DNA from: Nitrospirota bacterium
Lineage (GTDB): Bacteria; Nitrospirota; UBA9217
Assembly: GCA_963741205.1 (NCBI GenBank)
Contig: CAVUHW010000008.1
Span: 32,001-96,000, forward strand
Length of the DNA: 64,000 bases
Reading direction: 5' to 3'
This document shows, one piece after another, positions 50,424 through 61,338 of the stretch (positions within the stretch are counted from its first letter, which is position 1; each line of letters opens with the position of its first letter). Under the pieces are notes generated by a model that was not told where the DNA came from, ran no database searches, and worked only from the letters and a program-made list of their open reading frames with translations. The translations under genes were made by a program, and so were the position numbers.

Positions 50424-52226
50424 TCAGGGACCGGCTCCTGCCGGTGTGATTCGGTCGGCGCCGTCTGTGATCGACGGCAGCCCCAGAAGGTCCGTTCCAC
50501 CGTCCGTACACCCGATGCCGCAATGCCCGCAATCCACCCTGCAGTTTTCGGTGATTTCCGATGCCGCGGCCCTCCGGTACTCTTGCTTCAGAAATTCCTT
50601 CGACACGCCGCTTTTTACATGGTCCCAGGGAAGCTCATCGTCAGGGCTGTAGGCCCGGGAGGCGCAGGAGGCAGGGTCGATGCCGCAGCTCGCAAAGGCA
50701 TCCATCCACTTTTTGAAGTCGAACCATTCCGTCCATCCGTCCAGGCGGCAGCCGAGACGCACCGCTTCCGCGATGACTTGTCCGAGCGCGCGGTCGCCGC
50801 GGGCGAAGGCGGCCTCGAGCAGGCTCGTCTCGGGGTTGTGTGCCTTGAACGCGATGCCGCGTCTCCTGAGTCCTCCGCTGAGGTAAGCCTGCTTCCTGCG
50901 GACCTCTTCGATCCGCGCCTGGCCCATCCACTGAAAGGGGGTGTGGGGCTTGGGCACGAAGGTCGATACGCTGATGTTGAGCTGGATGTGCCGTCTTGAG
51001 GCGCGCTTGCCCACGGCAAGGAGTTCGTTTGCGAGTCTGATAATGCCGTCCAGGTCCTCGTCGGTTTCGGTAGGAAGGCCGATCATGAAGTAGAGCTTGA
51101 GCACGCTCCAGCCGTTTTTAAATACGGTCTCCGCGGCCTCCATGAGGTCCCGATCGGAGACGGGCTTGTTGATGACCCTGCGGAGGCGTTCGGTCCCGGC
51201 CTCCGGCGCCAGGGTAAAGCCGGTCTTCCGCGTCCCGGCGATCGCCTCGATCATCTCCGGCGTGAGCGTGCCGACGCGCAGCGACGGGAGGGAGACCGAG
51301 ACGCGGCCCTCCCGGTACTTCTTCATGAGCTCGATGACGAGCGGCTGGATGCCGGAATGATCGCCGGAGGAGAGCGACGCGAGGGACAACTCCTCGTAGC
51401 CGGTGCAGGCAAGCGACTCGTGCAAGAGCTCTTTGATCCGTTCGGCGCTCCGCTCCCGGTACGGCCGGTAGATGATCCCGGCCTGGCAGAAACGGCAGCC
51501 GCGGATACACCCGCGCGCCACCTCGACGGTCACGCGGTCGTGGATGGGTTTCATGAGCGGCACGAGGGGCCTGTCGGGATAGGGCGCTGTGTCGATCTCC
51601 CGGATAAATCTCCTGCGCACCGCTTTTTTCCCGAGCGCGGGAACGTAGAAGCCGTCTCGCCGGGAAATGGCTTCGAGGAAGCCTTCCCGGGTACCCTCCG
51701 CCTGCCTCGCTTCAATGACTTCATGAATCGCCTCTTCCGCTTCGCCGATGAAAAAGACGTCGACGAAATCAGAGAGCGGCTCCGGGTTAACGGCGCAGGG
51801 TCCGCCTGCGACGATCACGGGATGGCTGTCGTCTCTGTCCGAAGAACGAAGCGGTATGCCGGCGAGTTCCAGTCCCGTCAGTATGTTGGAATAGGACAGC
51901 TCGTACTGAAGCGTGACGCCGATGATATCGAACAGGGCAAGGGGGAGACCTGACTCGAGACTTTTAAGCGGCCGTCCTGACGCCCGCAGTCTTTCCTCGT
52001 AATCCGGCCAGGGGGAGAAGACCCTCTCGCAGACCGTGTCCGGCCTGTTGTTCAGGATATGGTAGAGGATGCGCAGGCCCAGGTGCGACATGCCGACCTC
52101 ATAGGTGTCCGGAAAGAAGAGGCAGACCTTCGTCGCGACCCGCGAGTGGTCCTTATGGACCGCGTTGATTTCGTTGTTGATGTACCTGCCCGGTTTCGTT
52201 ACGAGCGGTAGAAAGTCTTCGAGCAT
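50424..52226 (-). CDS. Radical SAM protein (TIGR03960-like)
   Basis: FPDTYEVGMSHLG, RGCIRGCRFCQAG, APEAG, YFMIGLP. Confidence 0.93.
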   Translation of the reverse strand: MLEDFLPLVTKPGRYINNEINAVHKDHSRVATKVCLFFPDTYEVGMSHLGLRILYHILNNRPDTVCERVFSPWPDYEERLRASGRPLKSLESGLPLALFDIIGVTLQYELSYSNILTGLELAGIPLRSSDRDDSHPVIVAGGPCAVNPEPLSDFVDVFFIGEAEEAIHEVIEARQAEGTREGFLEAISRRDGFYVPALGKKAVRRRFIREIDTAPYPDRPLVPLMKPIHDRVTVEVARGCIRGCRFCQAGIIYRPYRERSAERIKELLHESLACTGYEELSLASLSSGDHSGIQPLVIELMKKYREGRVSVSLPSLRVGTLTPEMIEAIAGTRKTGFTLAPEAGTERLRRVINKPVSDRDLMEAAETVFKNGWSVLKLYFMIGLPTETDEDLDGIIRLANELLAVGKRASRRHIQLNISVSTFVPKPHTPFQWMGQARIEEVRRKQAYLSGGLRRRGIAFKAHNPETSLLEAAFARGDRALGQVIAEAVRLGCRLDGWTEWFDFKKWMDAFASCGIDPASCASRAYSPDDELPWDHVKSGVSKEFLKQEYRRAAASEITENCRVDCGHCGIGCTDGGTDLLGLPSITDGADRITPAGAGP

Positions 52227-52325
52227 GGGACTCCTTGGGGATGCATAGCGCATAGGGCAGTGGCGTTTGAATCTTTTACGCTATGCGCTTTGCCCCATGC
52301 TCTTTACGATGCGTGCTTTGAGCAA

Positions 52326-53456
52326 TCAATAGAACAGCTGAAACCGTCGCGTCTGGATGTTCAAGAGCAATCCGAGGGCCAGGAAGGTGGCGATGATGGA
52401 AGTGCCGCCGTAGCTGACGAGGGGGAGCGGGACGCCCACGACGGGCACGATGCCTACGGCCATTCCCACGTTGATGAATACATAGAGCGAGATCATGGAT
52501 ACAATGCCTCCGGCCATGAGAACGCCGAGCCGGTCCTTTGCGTTCTTGGCGGTGTCGACGCCGACCAGCAGCAGGACCAGGTAAAGGAAAATAACAACGC
52601 TGGATCCGACGAGGCCTGTCTCCTCGGCGATGACGGCAAAAATGAAGTCTGTATGGCGTTCCGGCAAAAAGGCCATCTGGCTCTGTGTCCCTTTGCGGTA
52701 CCCCTTGCCGGAGATCTGGCCCGAGCCCACCGCGATCTTCGACTGGTTCGCATGATAGCCGCTGCCGAGCGGATCGGATCCGGGGTCTACGAACGCCTTG
52801 ATCCTGTTCTGCTGATACGGCTTGAGCGAACCCCAGATCTTAGTCCGGACTGGCGCAACCAGGAAGATCAGCGATATGATGACCGCGACGGCGAGCAGGA
52901 CGACCGTGAGGGACCGCAGCTGGATGCCTGCCATCATGGCTATCAGCAAGGATGTCAGGAGCAGCATGATCGCTGTGCCGAGGTCCGGCTGTTTCAGCAC
53001 CAGCAGGAGGGGGACCAGGACCATGGCGCCGGGTACGGCGAGGTCCTTCAGTTCATAGCCTCCACGCTTGGGGTCTTCGGCGAAGAACCTCGCGAGGGCC
53101 AGGGTGAGCGAGAGTTTGGCTAACTCGGACGGCTGGAACACGAAGGGGCCGATGGCGAGCCAGCGCTGCGCGCCCATGCCGGTGCGTCCGATTACCATGA
53201 CGAGAATCAGGAGCAGGAGCGAACAGGCATATAAGATGTAGGCATAGCGGCCGACGGTATGATAATCGGGAATGAGCGCGAGGAACATAATGACGATGCC
53301 GACGGAGATCCAGATTATTTGCTTATAAAAGAGCGGCGACGGACCGCGCGACGTGTACGTAGCGCTGTATACAGCGGCAAGTCCGATGCACGCGATGCCG
53401 AATATGAGGCCGATCATGCCCCAGGGCAGTTTAATGAACCAGCGTTTGCTGAACAT
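52326..53456 (-). CDS. rodA: Rod shape-determining protein RodA
   Basis: GAQRW, QPSE, QPDLGT, PERHTDFIF, SYGGTS. Confidence 0.96.
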   Translation of the reverse strand: MFSKRWFIKLPWGMIGLIFGIACIGLAAVYSATYTSRGPSPLFYKQIIWISVGIVIMFLALIPDYHTVGRYAYILYACSLLLLILVMVIGRTGMGAQRWLAIGPFVFQPSELAKLSLTLALARFFAEDPKRGGYELKDLAVPGAMVLVPLLLVLKQPDLGTAIMLLLTSLLIAMMAGIQLRSLTVVLLAVAVIISLIFLVAPVRTKIWGSLKPYQQNRIKAFVDPGSDPLGSGYHANQSKIAVGSGQISGKGYRKGTQSQMAFLPERHTDFIFAVIAEETGLVGSSVVIFLYLVLLLVGVDTAKNAKDRLGVLMAGGIVSMISLYVFINVGMAVGIVPVVGVPLPLVSYGGTSIIATFLALGLLLNIQTRRFQLFY

Positions 53457-55242
53457 TCTTCAAATACTCCTCGATGACTCTTTTGGCTATGGGCGCCGCA
53501 ACAGACCCTCCGTGGCCGCCGTGCTCGACGACCACCGCAACGGCGATCTTCGGGTTCTCTACGGGCGCGTAGGCGACGAACCACGCATGGTCCCCTGTAT
53601 TCGCGGAAAGTCTCCTGCCCGCCACCTTTTGCGCGATGACCTGGGCGGTCCCGGTCTTTCCGGCCACGGTCGCGAGCGGCGTGTGGGCGGCATGGCCGGT
53701 GCCGCCGGGCTCGGCAACGACGCCCGCCAGCGCCTGTCGCACCTCCTCGAGCGCCTTGGCGTCAATGGTGATTTTGCCGTTCAGGTCGGTGGAGTACGTT
53801 TTGACCTCGCCGGTTTCGCGGTTCCGGGATTGTTTGAGCAGGGTGGGACGATAGAAATATCCCCCGTTCGCGACGACGCTCATCAACTGGCACGCCTGAA
53901 TCGGGCTGACGAGAACGAAGCCCTGGCCGATCGAGTTGATGAAAGTGTCACCGCCGCGCCAGATATCGCCGGTCCTCTTCTTCTTCCACTCCGTCGTGGG
54001 AATGAGGCCCGGCTTCTCGTCGGGCATCTGGATGCCGGTCAAGGTCCCGTATCCGAGCCTTTTTGCATATGCGGCGACACGGTCCCAGCCGATGCGTTCT
54101 CCCATGGTATAAAAGTAAACGTCGCAGGATTCGACGATGGCCCGGTGGAGCGAGATGGGGCCATGCCCTTTCTTTTGCCAGCACCGGAAACTGTGCTTGC
54201 CGCTGGCGAGAGAGCCGTGGCAGATGATCTTTTCATCGGGATCGATGACGCCGTATTCAAGGCCGGCCAGCGCAACGACGATCTTGAAGGTCGACCCGGG
54301 GGGATAGACGCTTTGGATAGCCCGATTGTACATGGGGTGAGACGGGTCGTCCATCAGACGGACCCAGTCTTGCGGTGAAATCCCGCGCGGAAACATGTTG
54401 GGGTCAAAGTTGGGGTGGCTTGCCATGGCGAGGATTTCGCCGGAGTTCGGGTCCATGGCGACGACGGCGCCGGCGCGCTCGCCGAGCCCCTCCTCGGCGG
54501 CCTTCTGGGCATCGAGGTCGATCGTGAGGTACATATCCGTACCGGGCCGGGGCTCCTCGATCCCCAGGTCCTTGACCTTCCTCCCCCCGGCATTCACCTG
54601 TATCATCCGGCGGCCCGGCGTACCGCGCAGGAGCTTGTCGTAGATCTTTTCGAGACCGCTCTGGCCTGCGAGCATGCCGATATCGGTCTGCTCCAGCTTG
54701 CGCTGGGACTGCGACACCTTGCCGATGTAGCCGAGTTGCTGCGAGGCGAGTCCGTCGTAGGGGTAATGCCTGCGGTGTTCCGGCTCGATGATGGTCCCTG
54801 CAAGGTCCTCCTGGTGCGCTTCCACGAGCGCCACTTCATCCCACGTCGCTTCTTCCCGTATCTTCACCGGTTCGTACTTCGTCCTGCCAGCCGCGGCCTC
54901 GTCCAGGGCCTTGCGGATCGAGGCCTCGTCGATTTTTACGATCGAGGACATTTTCCGGATCGTACTCTCAAGGTTCTGCGCGTCTTCCGGCACGAGCGAG
55001 ATATCGAAGGTCAGCGCGTTCTCGACGATGGGCCTGCCCATGCGGTCATAGATGACGCCCCGCGGAGGTCTGATTTTCACGGGCCGGATGCGGTTGCTTT
55101 CAGCCTGTTCATAATAATAGTCTCCCTTTACCGCCTGGAGATACCAGAGGCGGATAAAGAGAACCAGGGTGAACGCAATGATAAAGACCGCTAAAAGGGG
55201 GAGTCTTCTCTGAATATCGGTTGGGATGTCCTGCCGGTCCAT
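53431..55242 (-). CDS. mrdA: Penicillin-binding protein 2
   Basis: STFK, SCD, KTGT motifs; operon position. Confidence 0.97.
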   Translation of the reverse strand: MDRQDIPTDIQRRLPLLAVFIIAFTLVLFIRLWYLQAVKGDYYYEQAESNRIRPVKIRPPRGVIYDRMGRPIVENALTFDISLVPEDAQNLESTIRKMSSIVKIDEASIRKALDEAAAGRTKYEPVKIREEATWDEVALVEAHQEDLAGTIIEPEHRRHYPYDGLASQQLGYIGKVSQSQRKLEQTDIGMLAGQSGLEKIYDKLLRGTPGRRMIQVNAGGRKVKDLGIEEPRPGTDMYLTIDLDAQKAAEEGLGERAGAVVAMDPNSGEILAMASHPNFDPNMFPRGISPQDWVRLMDDPSHPMYNRAIQSVYPPGSTFKIVVALAGLEYGVIDPDEKIICHGSLASGKHSFRCWQKKGHGPISLHRAIVESCDVYFYTMGERIGWDRVAAYAKRLGYGTLTGIQMPDEKPGLIPTTEWKKKRTGDIWRGGDTFINSIGQGFVLVSPIQACQLMSVVANGGYFYRPTLLKQSRNRETGEVKTYSTDLNGKITIDAKALEEVRQALAGVVAEPGGTGHAAHTPLATVAGKTGTAQVIAQKVAGRRLSANTGDHAWFVAYAPVENPKIAVAVVVEHGGHGGSVAAPIAKRVIEEYLKNVQQTLVH

Positions 55243-55755
55243 TTACAGCTCCTTCTGAACGTCGTGTCTTTTCAGCATGGGGAGGACGTTTTTCCTGGTG
55301 ACCACCCGCAGTACCAGGAGGCCCAGCAGGCTGGTATATATCGCCTGAGGAAGGAGTCGGCCCGTTATGATGCTGAGAAACGGCACCTCGCCGTAGATCA
55401 CCTGCAGGAACAGTGAAATCAGTATGCCTTCGACCAGGCTGAAGGCCGCCAGAAATGGAACGACGGTGGGGCTGGTAGTGTCGATCATCCTTAATCCGAG
55501 CAGTCCGGCAGTGAGACCGGCCAGCCCTCGCGTGAGGCCGGAGAACCCAAGGAGGCTGGCGGAGGCAATGTCCTGGACCAGGCCGATGCCCATCCCCGCC
55601 ATTGCCGCTTCAGCCGGGCCGGTGAGCAGACCGATGACGAAAATGAGGGCCAGGGCAAGATCAGGCTTGATGCCGCCCAGAGAAAACATGTCGAGAAGGC
55701 TGGCTTGGAAAGGGATGATCAACAGGAGCAAAATGACGTAGACGTGGGGTTTCAT
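55243..55755 (-). CDS. mreD: Rod shape-determining protein MreD
   Basis: Hydrophobic, KPDL, GLVQD; between mreC and mrdA. Confidence 0.88.
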   Translation of the reverse strand: MKPHVYVILLLLIIPFQASLLDMFSLGGIKPDLALALIFVIGLLTGPAEAAMAGMGIGLVQDIASASLLGFSGLTRGLAGLTAGLLGLRMIDTTSPTVVPFLAAFSLVEGILISLFLQVIYGEVPFLSIITGRLLPQAIYTSLLGLLVLRVVTRKNVLPMLKRHDVQKEL

Positions 55756-56597
55756 GGCAAAAGCACCAGTGCCTCTTCCAGGCGGCTCAGTTGCACGGAG
55801 GGCTCGGCAACGACGGTTTGAAACGCGACCGCTTCATGCTTCGTTACCTTTTTGACCGTTGCTACGGGGATACCTTTGGGGTAGATGCCGTCGAGTCCCG
55901 AAGTGACCAGCAAATCGCCTTCCTGAATGTCCGAGTAAAAGGAAACAAATTTGAGGGCGCAGTTGATGAGTTTGCCCTCGAGCAGGCCCTCTTCCCGATT
56001 GCGCTGGACCCTGACCGCCACCGTGCTGCCGGGATCCGTGAGGAGTATGACCTTCGCGGTGCCGGGGAGCGCCGCTTGTATCTTTCCCACCACGCCTTCG
56101 GAGGTGATGACCGGCATGTCCTTGCGGATGCCGTCCTTGGAGCCTTTGTTGATCGTGATGGTGCTCGAGGCGGGCGACATGTTTTTGCTGATGATCTGGA
56201 CGGCGATCGAGGTCCAGGGCCGGGACTTCTTGAAGTCGAGCGCATCCCTCAACCGTTCATTCTCCAGGAGAAGTTCATTTTCGACTGAATTTTCGATCCT
56301 CAGCCGGTCGATCTCCTCCTTGAGCCGCTGGTTTTCCTGCACGGTTCCTACGAGAAACACGTACCCTTTTCCGATCGACAATGCCGTGTTGAACGGCCAA
56401 ATGATGATGCGCTCAAGGAACCCGGAGACGGCAAGGACCGGTTTTTCCAGCAGCGTGAACCTTCCGTTCTTGACCTGGATGGTGAGGAGCCAGAACAGGA
56501 CCGTAAAGAGGACGAAAATGAAAATAGATTTTTTGTATTTTGTGATAAACCCGGGCATCTCGGGAAGCCGCTTTCCGTTTACCCCGTCAAAGATCAT
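55752..56597 (-). CDS. mreC: Rod shape-determining protein MreC
   Basis: ENERLR, INKGSKDG, TSGLDGIYPKG. Confidence 0.95.
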   Translation of the reverse strand: MIFDGVNGKRLPEMPGFITKYKKSIFIFVLFTVLFWLLTIQVKNGRFTLLEKPVLAVSGFLERIIIWPFNTALSIGKGYVFLVGTVQENQRLKEEIDRLRIENSVENELLLENERLRDALDFKKSRPWTSIAVQIISKNMSPASSTITINKGSKDGIRKDMPVITSEGVVGKIQAALPGTAKVILLTDPGSTVAVRVQRNREEGLLEGKLINCALKFVSFYSDIQEGDLLVTSGLDGIYPKGIPVATVKKVTKHEAVAFQTVVAEPSVQLSRLEEALVLLP

Positions 56598-56691
56598 CCG
56601 GTGCCTCCACGTCCCCGCGCTCTCGCCGCGGAGATGTTCGCCACACTATTTCATCATGGTGAATCAGCACGCCAGGTGATATCTCACGGAC

Positions 56692-57717
56692 TTACATCAT
56701 GACCTTTTTCAGAAATTCCTCGTCATCTAGGACCTTGCCCGCGCCGAGCGCCACGCAGGTCAGCGGGTTCTCCGCGATGATGATGGGGAGCGACGTTTCC
56801 TCGCGCAGGAAGACGTCCATGCCCCGCAGCAGGGCGCCGCCGCCTGCAAGAACGATCCCCTTGTCCACGATGTCGGCCGAGAGTTCAGGCGGTGTGTTCT
56901 CGAGGGCCAGCTTGATGCCGTTCAGGATCTGGCTTACGGGCTCCGCGAGCGACTCGCGCACCTCGTCGTCATCGAGGATAAGCGTCTTGGGTATGCCGGA
57001 AACAAGGTCGCGGCCCTTGATTTCCATGGTCAGTCGCTGGCTGTCCGTTTTGTAGGCGGAGCCGAGCTCCATCTTAATCGATTCGGCCATCATTTCGCCG
57101 ATGAGGAGATTGTATTTCCGCTTGATATAGTTGATGATCGCCTCGTCCATCTTGTCACCGCCGACACGGATAGCCTTGCTGTATACTACGCCGTTCATCG
57201 AGATGACGGCGATGTCCGTCGTTCCACCGCCGATGTCCACGATCATATTGCCCGACGGCTCAGAGATCGGCAGCCCCGTGCCGATGGCCGCCGCCACAGG
57301 TTCCTCGATCAGGAAGACGCCGCGTCCGCCCGAGGAGATTGCCGCGTCCTTGACGGCTCGCTGCTCCACCTGGGTGATCCCCGATGGTACGCCAATGACG
57401 ATGCGCGGCCGCATGAAGGACTTCCGGTTGTGGACGCGCTGGATGAAATACTTGAGCATTTCGCCGGTATAGTCGAAGTCGGAGATCACGCCATCCTTGA
57501 TCGGACGGATCGTCTGGACGTCGCCGGGGGTCCGTCCGAGCATCCTCTTTGCGTCGGAGCCGACAGCGAGGACCTTGCCGGACTTCTTAGAAATAGCCAC
57601 GACGGACGGTTCATTGCAGACGATCCCCTTGCCCTTGACGTAGACGAGGGTGTTCGCCGTTCCGAGGTCGATGGCCATGTCGTTCGAAAACCAGCCCATG
57701 ATGGAATTGATAAACAT
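56692..57717 (-). CDS. mreB: Actin-like MreB
   Basis: [21 protein letters not shown]. Confidence 0.98.
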   Translation of the reverse strand: MFINSIMGWFSNDMAIDLGTANTLVYVKGKGIVCNEPSVVAISKKSGKVLAVGSDAKRMLGRTPGDVQTIRPIKDGVISDFDYTGEMLKYFIQRVHNRKSFMRPRIVIGVPSGITQVEQRAVKDAAISSGGRGVFLIEEPVAAAIGTGLPISEPSGNMIVDIGGGTTDIAVISMNGVVYSKAIRVGGDKMDEAIINYIKRKYNLLIGEMMAESIKMELGSAYKTDSQRLTMEIKGRDLVSGIPKTLILDDDEVRESLAEPVSQILNGIKLALENTPPELSADIVDKGIVLAGGGALLRGMDVFLREETSLPIIIAENPLTCVALGAGKVLDDEEFLKKVMM

Positions 57718-57791
57718 TGTCGGAAGAAGCTCCTTTCGAATACCGGATAGAGTGCCGTCTCTCCGCGGCAGTGTGTGAATGCCGCCAAACG

Positions 57792-58280
57792 CTAAGGCTT
57801 CACGGCGTCCTGCGGTTCCTCCGCGGCGGGTTGCCGCCCGGGAGGTTGCTGCGTCCGAACAAACGCGGGAACAGCCGGGATCACCACGGTCCGCGCCAGC
57901 AGATCACCGATACGCATGCCCCGCTCATCACCGAGAGCGGCCAGGCATTCCAGACCAACAGCCACGGCGCAGAGCGCCCAGCCCGCGTAGGGTATCAGGA
58001 AGAGAAGGTACGCAACCGCAAACGGCGTATTTCTGATGATTGATTCCCGGTAGGTCGCCTCCGGCGCGGCGTCGTCCGCTGCTATCACGCGGAGACCTAT
58101 CAGTTTTTTCCCGATGCTGCGGCGGTCGAATAGACCGTCGCGGATAAGAATGTAGCCTGAGGCGAACAAGAACCCGAGTACGTCCGGCAACCTGGCCAGG
58201 CCGATGATGATCAGAAGATCGACAAATCCCGCAACCGCTCTGGTTGTAAGGTCCGCGCGCGGCAAGGAGCCTCCTAGCAT
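57792..58280 (-). CDS. RDD family membrane protein
   Basis: [28 protein letters not shown]. Confidence 0.88.
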   Translation of the reverse strand: MLGGSLPRADLTTRAVAGFVDLLIIIGLARLPDVLGFLFASGYILIRDGLFDRRSIGKKLIGLRVIAADDAAPEATYRESIIRNTPFAVAYLLFLIPYAGWALCAVAVGLECLAALGDERGMRIGDLLARTVVIPAVPAFVRTQQPPGRQPAAEEPQDAVKP

Positions 58281-58570
58281 AAATTCCCTAAAACCTATTC
58301 ATAGTAACAGAATAACAAAGCGATTTCAAGCGCAAAAAGGCGCGGAGCGCCCGAATGAAATATGAGCCCCCAGGGTAGGCGATCAGGGTCTTCCGGTTTG
58401 TCCGGCTGCTCAGGGTAAGGGAAAATGAATTAGAGCTTTTCTCCTTCAAATGGTGTATAATAGCATGTTTGAATTACAGGCCGGGTCCCGATTGCCGATG
58501 CCGCGGACCATCCGGCCAGCGCTCCGAAGTCCGTGGGCGAAAAACTCTAAGCCTCAAAAAGGAGATTTCC

Positions 58571-58972
58571 ATGCTTGAAAAGTGTTCAGCCGGCGACAAT
58601 ATCGCCGCCTACTGTACAAAATGCAAATTGGGTCTTGACCATGTTGTCGTGGCCATGGATGGGGAGACGATCGTCAAGGTAAAATGCAAGACCTGCGGCA
58701 GCGCGCACAAATTCAGGGACCCCGCGGACGTAAAAAAGCCGCGGGCCGCGAAGAAAAAAGAAGACGCGGATAAGGCAGCCGAAACGCTTTGGGAAAGCTG
58801 TCTTGCGACGACAAAAGGCAAGGAGCGCGCCTACGACATGGGGTGCAAGTTCCGCATCGGCGACGTCGTAATGCACAACACCTTCGGCAAGGGCGTCGTG
58901 CGGAAGCTCTATATGAACAAATGCGACGTGCTTTTCAAGGACAAGGAACGCCTGATGGCATCGGCGAACTGA
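58571..58972 (+). CDS. Conserved hypothetical Zn-ribbon protein
   Basis: CTKC..CKTC..H; HNTFGKGVV C-terminal domain; RBS aggag. Confidence 0.78.
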   Translation: MLEKCSAGDNIAAYCTKCKLGLDHVVVAMDGETIVKVKCKTCGSAHKFRDPADVKKPRAAKKKEDADKAAETLWESCLATTKGKERAYDMGCKFRIGDVVMHNTFGKGVVRKLYMNKCDVLFKDKERLMASAN

Positions 58973-59112
58973 GGAAAGAAACGAAGGACGAGAAATGAGC
59001 GACGACGGACGAAAATGGAAAAGACATTGCGTCCGTCGTTTTTGTTAGCAAATCAAACGGCCGTCTCTCGCCAGTCACTAGCTTCCCTCTCCGCAGCGAT
59101 CCTTCCTCTCAT

Positions 59113-60285
59113 ATGCATAAATCCCCTATTCTCATCACCTGCCCCAAGGGCATTCCTCCTTTTCTCAGGCAAGAACTGACCGCCATGAACTTCCCGGTGC
59201 TGTCCGAGCACGTGGCCGCTGTCGGGACCGAGGGGACCTATGACGACGCCCTCCGTCTCAACCTGCGACTTCGCACGGCCCACCGCGTGCTCGTGCAGCT
59301 TCAGGAGTTCAGCGCGAAAGATGCAGAAGAACTCTACGCGCGGATCGCGGCGATAAACTGGGAAGAGTACATTCCCGAAGACGGCTATGTCTGCGTGACT
59401 TCGAGCGTGGAGAACCCGAGCATCAGGGACACGCGCTTCGCGACCCTGCGGTGCAAGGACGCCATTGTGGATCGGATCAAGGAGAAGAAAGGAAGGCGGC
59501 CCGATTCCGGCCCGGAGAGGGACCGGAGCGTCGTTCACCTCTACTGGAAGGGCGACCGCGGATCCGTGTACTTCGACACCTCGGGAGAGCCGCTCTCCCG
59601 CCGCGGCTACCGGAAAATTCCTCTCGCGGCCCCCATGCAAGAGACGCTCGCCGCCGCAGTCGCCCTCGCTACAGACTGGGACGGGAGCGGCGCCTTCGTC
59701 AATCCCATGTGCGGAAGCGGAACGCTTGCCATCGAGGCGGCGCAGATTGCCCTTGACCGGGCGCCGGGGCTTTTGCGGAGCAACTTTGGATTCATGCATT
59801 TAAAAGGTTTTAATGCCGCCCTCTGGCGCGAACTTCGCGAAGAGGCAAGGAAAGAATCGAGGAAAAGTCCGGCGGGGCGGATCATCGCCACGGACTCGAG
59901 CCCCGAAGCAGTCGAGGCGGCCCGAAAGAACGCCACAACAGCGGGCGTGGACCATCTCATCGAATTTGGCGTCTGCGATTTCGTTGACACACCGGTGCCC
60001 GAAGGAGGCGGGGTCGTCGTCATGAACCCCGCGTACGGCGAGCGCATGGGAGAGATCGCAAAACTTGAAGAGACGTATAAAAGAATCGGAGACTTTCTCA
60101 AGCAGAAGTGCAAAGGATATACCGGGTACGTGTTTACGGGAAACCCCGGCCTTGCCAAAAAGGTGAGCCTCAAGCCGAAGCAGAGCTTTCAGTTCTTCAA
60201 CAGCGGCATCGAATGCCGTCTGCTTGAATACGACCTCTACGAAGGGACCAGAAAGATCAAGAAACCCAAGTCACAGCCCGCCTGA
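59113..60285 (+). CDS. THUMP-domain RNA methyltransferase (RlmL-like)
   Basis: DTSGEPLSRRGYR, APMQETLAA, PMCGSGT, NPAYGER. Confidence 0.92.
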   Translation: MHKSPILITCPKGIPPFLRQELTAMNFPVLSEHVAAVGTEGTYDDALRLNLRLRTAHRVLVQLQEFSAKDAEELYARIAAINWEEYIPEDGYVCVTSSVENPSIRDTRFATLRCKDAIVDRIKEKKGRRPDSGPERDRSVVHLYWKGDRGSVYFDTSGEPLSRRGYRKIPLAAPMQETLAAAVALATDWDGSGAFVNPMCGSGTLAIEAAQIALDRAPGLLRSNFGFMHLKGFNAALWRELREEARKESRKSPAGRIIATDSSPEAVEAARKNATTAGVDHLIEFGVCDFVDTPVPEGGGVVVMNPAYGERMGEIAKLEETYKRIGDFLKQKCKGYTGYVFTGNPGLAKKVSLKPKQSFQFFNSGIECRLLEYDLYEGTRKIKKPKSQPA

Positions 60286-60352
60286 AGCCAATCTCGCGAC
60301 CAAGCCCATTTCGCCTTTTGCGCTACACGCTCTATACTCATCTTCAAACTCC

Positions 60353-60380
60353 TTGACAAAAACAGACCGCGTACTATAAT
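60353..60380 (+). promoter_or_regulatory. Sigma70 promoter
   Basis: TTGACA-16 bp-TATAAT upstream of 60416. Confidence 0.6.
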
Positions 60381-60415
60381 CGGCCAGTCTCATATCGGTC
60401 GGACAGGGGAGGAGC

Positions 60416-61221
60416 ATGACTGCTTTATGCAAAGGCGCGCCAAGGTCACCGGGAGTTCGCTGTTCCCCAATCAGAAGAGCGCTCAAGCAATTGGTGCTTT
60501 TCTTGGCGCTCCTCGCGCCCCTCGCATCCTGCAGCCTGCGCACACCGCCGCAGGCTGAAGACCTCAGAGACAAGGTGTTCAACGCATACGGGGGACGAGA
60601 GCGCCTCTCGCAGATCCATTCCATAGCGGCAGAGGGGCGTATAACAGCACTGGTCCGGGGCGACAGCGGCGTCTACCATCGCGCCCTGCGCAGGGACGGC
60701 AAGCTGTTCGTGGACATCCAGTACACCCGGTCCCGGGAAACGCGCATCCTGAACGGGACACAGGCTCTCCGCGGTGTCGACGGAAAGGTGGAGCAGGCAA
60801 GCGGCCCCGGCTATCTCGCCATGGTATACCAGTACAACGAGCTGAGCATGCCGTTTGCCCTGCTCGACGACACCTTTACCGTGAAGGACCTGGGACGCGA
60901 ATCCCGGGACGGCGCCGCTGTCCGCGTTCTCCATGCACGGACCGGGCCGGAAACAGCATGGACGTGTTCGTGGACGAGCTCACCTACCGGATCGTCAAAA
61001 CGCTCGGCCTTTTTTCAGTGGGTGACAAGACAACGAGCCTGAGCTCCGAGTTCGGCGAATTCAGATTTTTCGAAGGCGTGCTTGTCCCCTTTAAGATCGT
61101 CAATTACGCCGGAGGGACGAGAATCAGCGAAACGATCATCGATGACTATCTCTTTAACGCGCCAATGAGCGATGCACTGTTCGATCTCCACGGCCATACT
61201 CAGAACTATTCAGGGGATTGA
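60416..61221 (+). CDS. Hypothetical lipoprotein (frameshift near 60940)
   Basis: Lipobox LASC; NAYGG; C-terminus continues in frame 60958-61221. Confidence 0.7.
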
Positions 61222-61338
61222 GGCTGGGCCCACAGTCCGGTGGAATATCCGGCTAACATCGGCATGGCTTGGAAATCAAGATTTACCCGAAGAAGAAAAA
61301 GAAATTCAATGAGGTCGTGCTTTTTCAAGTAGTTTCCG

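Noticed and set aside
49724-52226. Programmed frameshift fusing the radical SAM and linked domains
   Set aside because: The two domains occur fused or split in different genomes; no slippery site is seen and the background indel rate is high.
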